Shown one piece after another: positions 9,115-13,158 of a stretch of 13,158 nt of DNA (within the stretch, counting starts at the first letter, position 1; the number at the start of each line of letters is the position of its first letter). The translations under genes and the position numbers were made by a program. The notes beneath the pieces were generated by a model, which was not told where the DNA came from, searched no databases, and saw only the letters and a program-made list of their open reading frames with translations. This DNA comes from Azolla caroliniana (lineage: Eukaryota; Plantae; Polypodiophyta), in NCBI GenBank assembly GCA_043228905.1, contig JBHGNT010000989.1:1-13158 (forward strand). The letters run 5' to 3'.

Positions 9115-9121
9115 TTATATA
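9115..9121 (-). promoter_or_regulatory. TATA box (TATATAA) of LTR C
   Basis: Conserved at the equivalent positions in the other LTR (1946-1940) and in the diverged LTR A (412-406). Confidence 0.7.
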
Positions 9122-9354
9122 TCCTAGGTTCCAATGTTGTCCTGTCTATGTGGGATACCTCACAGTTTTGTCTTTTCTTTTTTTTTCTTCAAACTTTACA
9201 CTCACATAACTTGATACTTGTTTATCCGTTTTAGGCATAATAAAATACGTTATGAAGCTCTTGAAGACATCTATCTTTACATATGAATACATTAAGCTAA
9301 TCTTAAATAATTGATTTACTAGTTTTCATATCGTGTGTGAAAAACCACATGACA

Positions 9355-9728
9355 CCGTGATGCCAAAGGAAGTGTGGGAGAATCTATGGATGATTTTCGC
9401 GGCCAACACAACCACAAGAAAGCTTCAACTACGCCAAGAGTTGAACAACATCCAACAAAGGGATATGTTTTTCACAAGCTACACCTTGAAGATCAAGGAG
9501 CTTTGTGACTCGCTCGGCTCAATAAGCGTCAATGTGGACGATGATGAGATGGTGCAAATATGCCTCAACGGCCTTGCACCATGGTTCGACGCAATGAGGA
9601 CCGTCGTACTAGCAAGGGAGAATCCTCCCTCTTTCTTTGATCTTCAATGCATGTTGTCGGTTGAAGAAAACCATGTTCGAACGAGGAGCAATATGCTTCG
9701 GAAGGCCACATTCTTTACACACATTTGA
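9355..9728 (+). pseudogene. Copia gag fragment (UBN2/Retrotran_gag_2-like)
   Basis: PKEVWENL...RKLQLRQELNNIQQ...YTLKIKELCDSLGSI...VQICLNGL...LSVEE. Confidence 0.85.
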
Positions 9729-9924
9729 AGGGAGGAAGAGGACGCAACCGAGCAAGAGGGCGATTCGGCCAAGGACGAGGCGGATGAGGTCCAACTTACG
9801 AAAATAATTCCTAATTTTAGCAACAAGACGGAAGCCATCGAGGAACATACGGAAGAAGGGGGAGCTTCCATTCCGGTCCGAGCTGACAAACCTCGATCGA
9901 ATGCGGAAGAAGGTGAACAAACAA

Positions 9925-10228
9925 AGAAGGTGAACGAACTTGTATAAAAAATTTCTTGCATGTACCCACCATAATGAAGAATTTGGTCTCGGTCGACCCA
10001 ATTGTGGAGCAAGGGATGCAAGTTCGATTCAACCAAGGTGGTTGCCTCATCGAGAAGGAAGGCTGACTAATTGCTCGTGGTCGAAGGGAAGGCCGAATGT
10101 TTATCCTTAAATCGAACGAGGTGAAATCGGCCATGTTTACAAAGGGCCTCTAACCAAACACCGACATAGAGTTATGGCATAAATGAATCGGCCATATCAA
10201 TCTCAACAAACTGAAGGTGATGCACATC
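9925..10228 (+). pseudogene. Copia protease C-terminal remnant and GAG-pre-integrase region
   Basis: Manual translation: IKNFLHVPTIMKNLVSV...VRFNQGGCLI...GRREGRMFIL...ELWHK*IGHINLNKLK. Not covered by the ORF track because of stops. Confidence 0.8.
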
Positions 10229-10497
10229 TCGGCCAAGTCCAAAGATGGACAAAGAAGGGCAAAATGTCGGAATATGAAGATGATCAATTCGACGACAACG
10301 AATCGACTCACTCACTCGATAGTGAGTTTGATGGGTTTGATGTGCCTCTTATGAGGTCACCCGGAGTTAAGAAAGCACTCACATTGGCAAATGAGAAACT
10401 CTGTCTCTCTACCCGAGAGAAGAATACGGTTAGCCGATTTGGCTACAACGACTATATGGCATACCATTATGTCTTTATGATGAAGGTAGCAGCAGTA

Positions 10498-11390
10498 CGA
10501 GAACCGGAGAGCTTTGTCGAAGCCACTAAAGATCCGTGATGGGTTGAAGCGATGAACCAGGAGATGCAAGCTCTCAGCAAGAACGAGACATGGGATCGCA
10601 TCCCTCACTCACCGCACAAGAAGGCAATCAACGGCAAATGGGTATACAAAGCTCGACTTATAGCAAAGGGCTTGTTGTAGTGAAAGGGTGCCACCTCCAC
10701 CAGATGGATGTCAAGAACGCCTTTCTTCAAGGCAAATTAGAAGAGGAGGTGTGCATGGTACATCCACCCAAGTTTGAATCCAACATTCATCTGAAAGCCA
10801 TCTGCTAACTCAAGAAGCCTCTCTACGGCCTTAAGCAAGCATCACATGCTTAGCATTCAAAGATAACACAATATCTTCATCTAATTGGCTTCCGAATGTC
10901 AAAATCTGACAATTCTCTCTATATAAGAAGTGATTCTGAAAGCCCGTTTGTCATCATCCTATACGTGGATGATCTGGTCATTGGAGGTGAGCATCTAGTC
11001 AACGTTAACAAGGTCAAGTCCCTCCTCTCCAGCAAATTCGAGATGGCAGACATGAAAGAAGTCCATTACTTCCTTGGCATTGAAGTAATCCAGACTCCAA
11101 CCAAAGTAATGGCCTCTCAACGATAGTACATCCTTAACTTGTTATACAAGTTCGGGATGACTGAGTGCAAATCTATGGCAACCCCTCTCGATCGAAACCT
11201 CAAACTGGATACCAACTCTGGCATTACAGAGTTTGAGCCAACTCAGTATCAACAACTGATCGGGAGCCTCATCTACCTCACGATTACCCAACCCGACCTA
11301 AGCTATCCGGTCGACCTCCTTAACCAATTCATGCAAACTCCACGAGATATCCATTTGGATTGTGCTAAGCGAGTGCTACGATACGTGAGT
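10498..11390 (+). pseudogene. Copia reverse transcriptase (RVT_2), disrupted
   Basis: EPESFVEA; AMNQEMQALSKNETWD; KWVYK/ARLIAKG; HQMDVKNAFLQG; LKKPLYGLKQA; IILYVDDLVI; YFLGIEV; YQQLIGSLIYL. Confidence 0.95.
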
Positions 11391-11439
11391 GGAACGATGG
11401 ACTATGGCATTCTCTATAAGTCGGCCATGCTAATTCAAC

Positions 11440-11930
11440 TCGAAGGATACACAGATGCCGACTAGACTGGCTACAAAGGTGATCGACGATCAAGTGAACC
11501 TTTTGTTTCGTCTTCTCCCTTGGAAGTGGAGACATCTCCAGGAGTAGTAAGAAGCAACCAACCGTCGCTCTTTCGAGCACAGAGGCCGAATACATGGGCG
11601 CGGGAGTGGCTGCATGTGACGTCGTGTGGCTCAAGAGGATATTGAAGGATCTGGGTGTTCCCATTAAAGATCCAATTCCCCTTTACTGTGACAAAATGAG
11701 CAATATTCATCTGGCTCAGAACCCGGTGTTCCACGCATGCACGAAGCATATCGAAGTGCATTATCACTTCATTCGAGAGCGCGTTCAAGCTGGAGATGTC
11801 GACCTTCAACACATCAACACAAATCTTGAGAAAACCGACATCTTCACCAAAGCCCTAGGAGATGACAAGCTTCGGCAATTCATCTCAGACCTTGGATTGA
11901 TGATTCTTGACTTGCCAAGCTTGAGGGGGA
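11440..11930 (+). pseudogene. Copia RNase H, disrupted
   Basis: GYTDAD*; SKKQPTVALSSTEAEY; LYCD; NPVFHACTKHIEVHYHFIRE; DIFTKAL; SLRG. Confidence 0.93.
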
Positions 11931-12025
11931 GTACGTCCAAACGTCCAAGCAGACACCAAACAAGAGAGAACCGGATACCGTTCGAACCGGGTTACCAATT
12001 GAAGCGGACAAGCCGACCAAAGTTG

Positions 12026-12039
12026 AGCTTGAGGGGGCG
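12026..12039 (+). other. Polypurine tract of the copia element (second copy; first at 11918-11931)
   Basis: AGCTTGAGGGGGCG immediately precedes TGTTG at 12040. Confidence 0.8.
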
Positions 12040-12344
12040 TGTTGAGAATCAAGCTCAACCTAGCCTAGTGTGTGAACACACCCTTGAGAGTTTATGAACA
12101 CTCAAAGGTCAAAAGTCACACTAGTACTCTTTACACATTAACTATGTGTCATAGAATCACATTCTTTGACACATAACTAATGAGTTTTCACATTCCCCAT
12201 GACTCATGAGCTTCGGTACTTAATGAAGAGAGAGAGGGACTATATAAAGCACTCTCCTCCTACTTTGTAATATGTCGGTTAATCTCCTTTGTAGTATAAA
12301 ATCTTCTTGAGTATTTTCTATTGCCTATCTATCTTGTGTTTCTC

Positions 12345-12399
<55 letters not shown>

Positions 12400-12429
12400 T
12401 AACACACATCTCTAACCTATTCCACTACA
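12040..12429 (+). repeat. 3' LTR of copia element D (about 390 bp)
   Basis: Starts TGTTGAG after the PPT; TATATAAA at 12241-12248; ends ...ccactaCA where LINE-like coding sequence begins. The right end is inferred because there is no second LTR to compare. Confidence 0.75.
12352..12399. repeat. Compound (CT)n(CA)n microsatellite
   Basis: Seen directly: CT run 12352-12380, AC run 12381-12399. Confidence 0.95.
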
Positions 12430-12835
12430 CAAGAATCACCATCGATTCTTTACAAACATATACAAGTTGTTCAAAGCTTTAAATATTTTTGTATTGACGT
12501 ACCCGCCACAAATAAATGGAGTGGATGATTTGATTCTAGGCTTCAAGCAATTGGAAATCGTATTACCTTTTAGAGAATCAATACAACCAAAATGATACTT
12601 GTGGATGGGAAGTAAAACTATTGTTGTTCGATGCCATAGTAACTCAATTATTGCTTTATGGAGTAGAAGTATGGGGTGGCAATATCTCTCTTGATGCATG
12701 GAATGAGATTGAGAAAATTCAAAAGATGTCTTTAAGGAGGCAATTAGGAGTTAAATGCACTACCTCTTACTAGGTTATGCTCTTGGAAACGGGTGTTCGG
12801 CCCGAAGAGTATATAGGTACATTACAAAAGGTCCT
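12430..12835 (+). mobile_element. Decayed non-LTR retrotransposon (LINE, RTE-like) RT C-terminal/thumb fragment (element E)
   Basis: Manual translation with a frameshift: IQVVQSFKYFCIDVP...WKSYYLLENQ...VKLLLFDAIVTQLLLYGVEVWGG...WNEIEKIQKMSLRRQLGVKCTTSY*VMLLETGVRP. This matches the FKYLG and LLYGxEVW...LRRILG pattern of LINE RTs. The clade call is inference. Confidence 0.78.
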
Positions 12836-13158
12836 GGGTAGGCATGGTTGAACCATACCATATTCTACGTTGATCAATTTGGCCTAATGGCCTCCTATAA
12901 TTTGCACAATGAATTCTCCTCCTAACTTGTTTAATTCCTTCTCCTCTTTGTCACTCCTTCCACAATCTCATCCAAGTCCTTTACATATTTACATAACTTA
13001 TCATATTAAGACCTTTGGACCCACTCTCCTTAATTTCTTCACATTGGATTTACCCTCCCTTTTTCTCTTTGTTACAACTTGTTATGAATTTTGGAGGGGT
13101 ACTTCATTTCATTCCCTTCATGTCAAGGCTCACATATGTGATATAGGAGAAACATGAT

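Larger units (their letters stand above)
1211..9354 (-). mobile_element. Ty3/gypsy LTR retrotransposon, near full length, degenerate (element C; non-chromovirus, possibly Phygy-like)
   Basis: Two LTRs, PBS, PPT and domain order gag-PR-RT-RH-IN on the minus strand. Many stops, frameshifts and small deletions. No chromodomain or extra RNase H recognised. The lineage assignment is inference. Confidence 0.95.
7847..9354 (-). repeat. 5' LTR of element C (1508 bp)
   Basis: TG...CA termini with a terminal inverted repeat tgtcgtg (7847-7853) / catgaca (9348-9354; cacgaca in the other LTR). Adjacent to the PBS and homologous to 1211-2179. Confidence 0.92.
9355..12429 (+). mobile_element. Ty1/copia LTR retrotransposon, 5'-interrupted and internally deleted (element D)
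   Basis: Order gag, PR remnant, GAG-pre-integrase, RT, RH, PPT, LTR, with copia-specific motifs. It starts mid-gag exactly at the terminus of LTR C. Confidence 0.93.

Noticed and set aside
12170-12235. Hammerhead ribozyme (retrozyme-like) at ctaatgag in the copia LTR
   Set aside because: The core deviates from CUGAUGA and no stem II/GAAA partner is present.

Overview
Eukaryotic, transposon-only window with no intact host gene. It is probably from a non-seed land plant (moss or fern; inferred from element types and a plant tRNA-Trp primer site). It reads as a nest of up to five retroelements. (E) A decayed non-LTR/LINE fragment at 12430-~12835 abuts the 3' LTR of (D), an internally deleted Ty1/copia element (+, 9355-12429). 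The gag of D is interrupted by (C), a near full-length but frameshifted Ty3/gypsy element (-, 1211-9354; 5' LTR 7847-9354, tRNA-Trp PBS, gag-PR / RT-RH-IN, PPT, 3' LTR 1211-2179). The 3' LTR of C is cut by (B), an unrelated LTR fragment (+, 605-1210), which abuts (A), an LTR of a family related to C (-, 1-604). The most interesting signals are: a candidate -1 ribosomal frameshift cassette (degenerate slippery site, 6-nt spacer, H-type pseudoknot) at the protease/RT junction of C; a GNRA-tetraloop hairpin overlapping a splice-donor-like motif conserved between LTRs A and C; very long R regions filled with unrelated GC-rich arrays; and a hairpin-enclosed, duplicated PPT in the copia element. All calls are by eye; no database searches were run.
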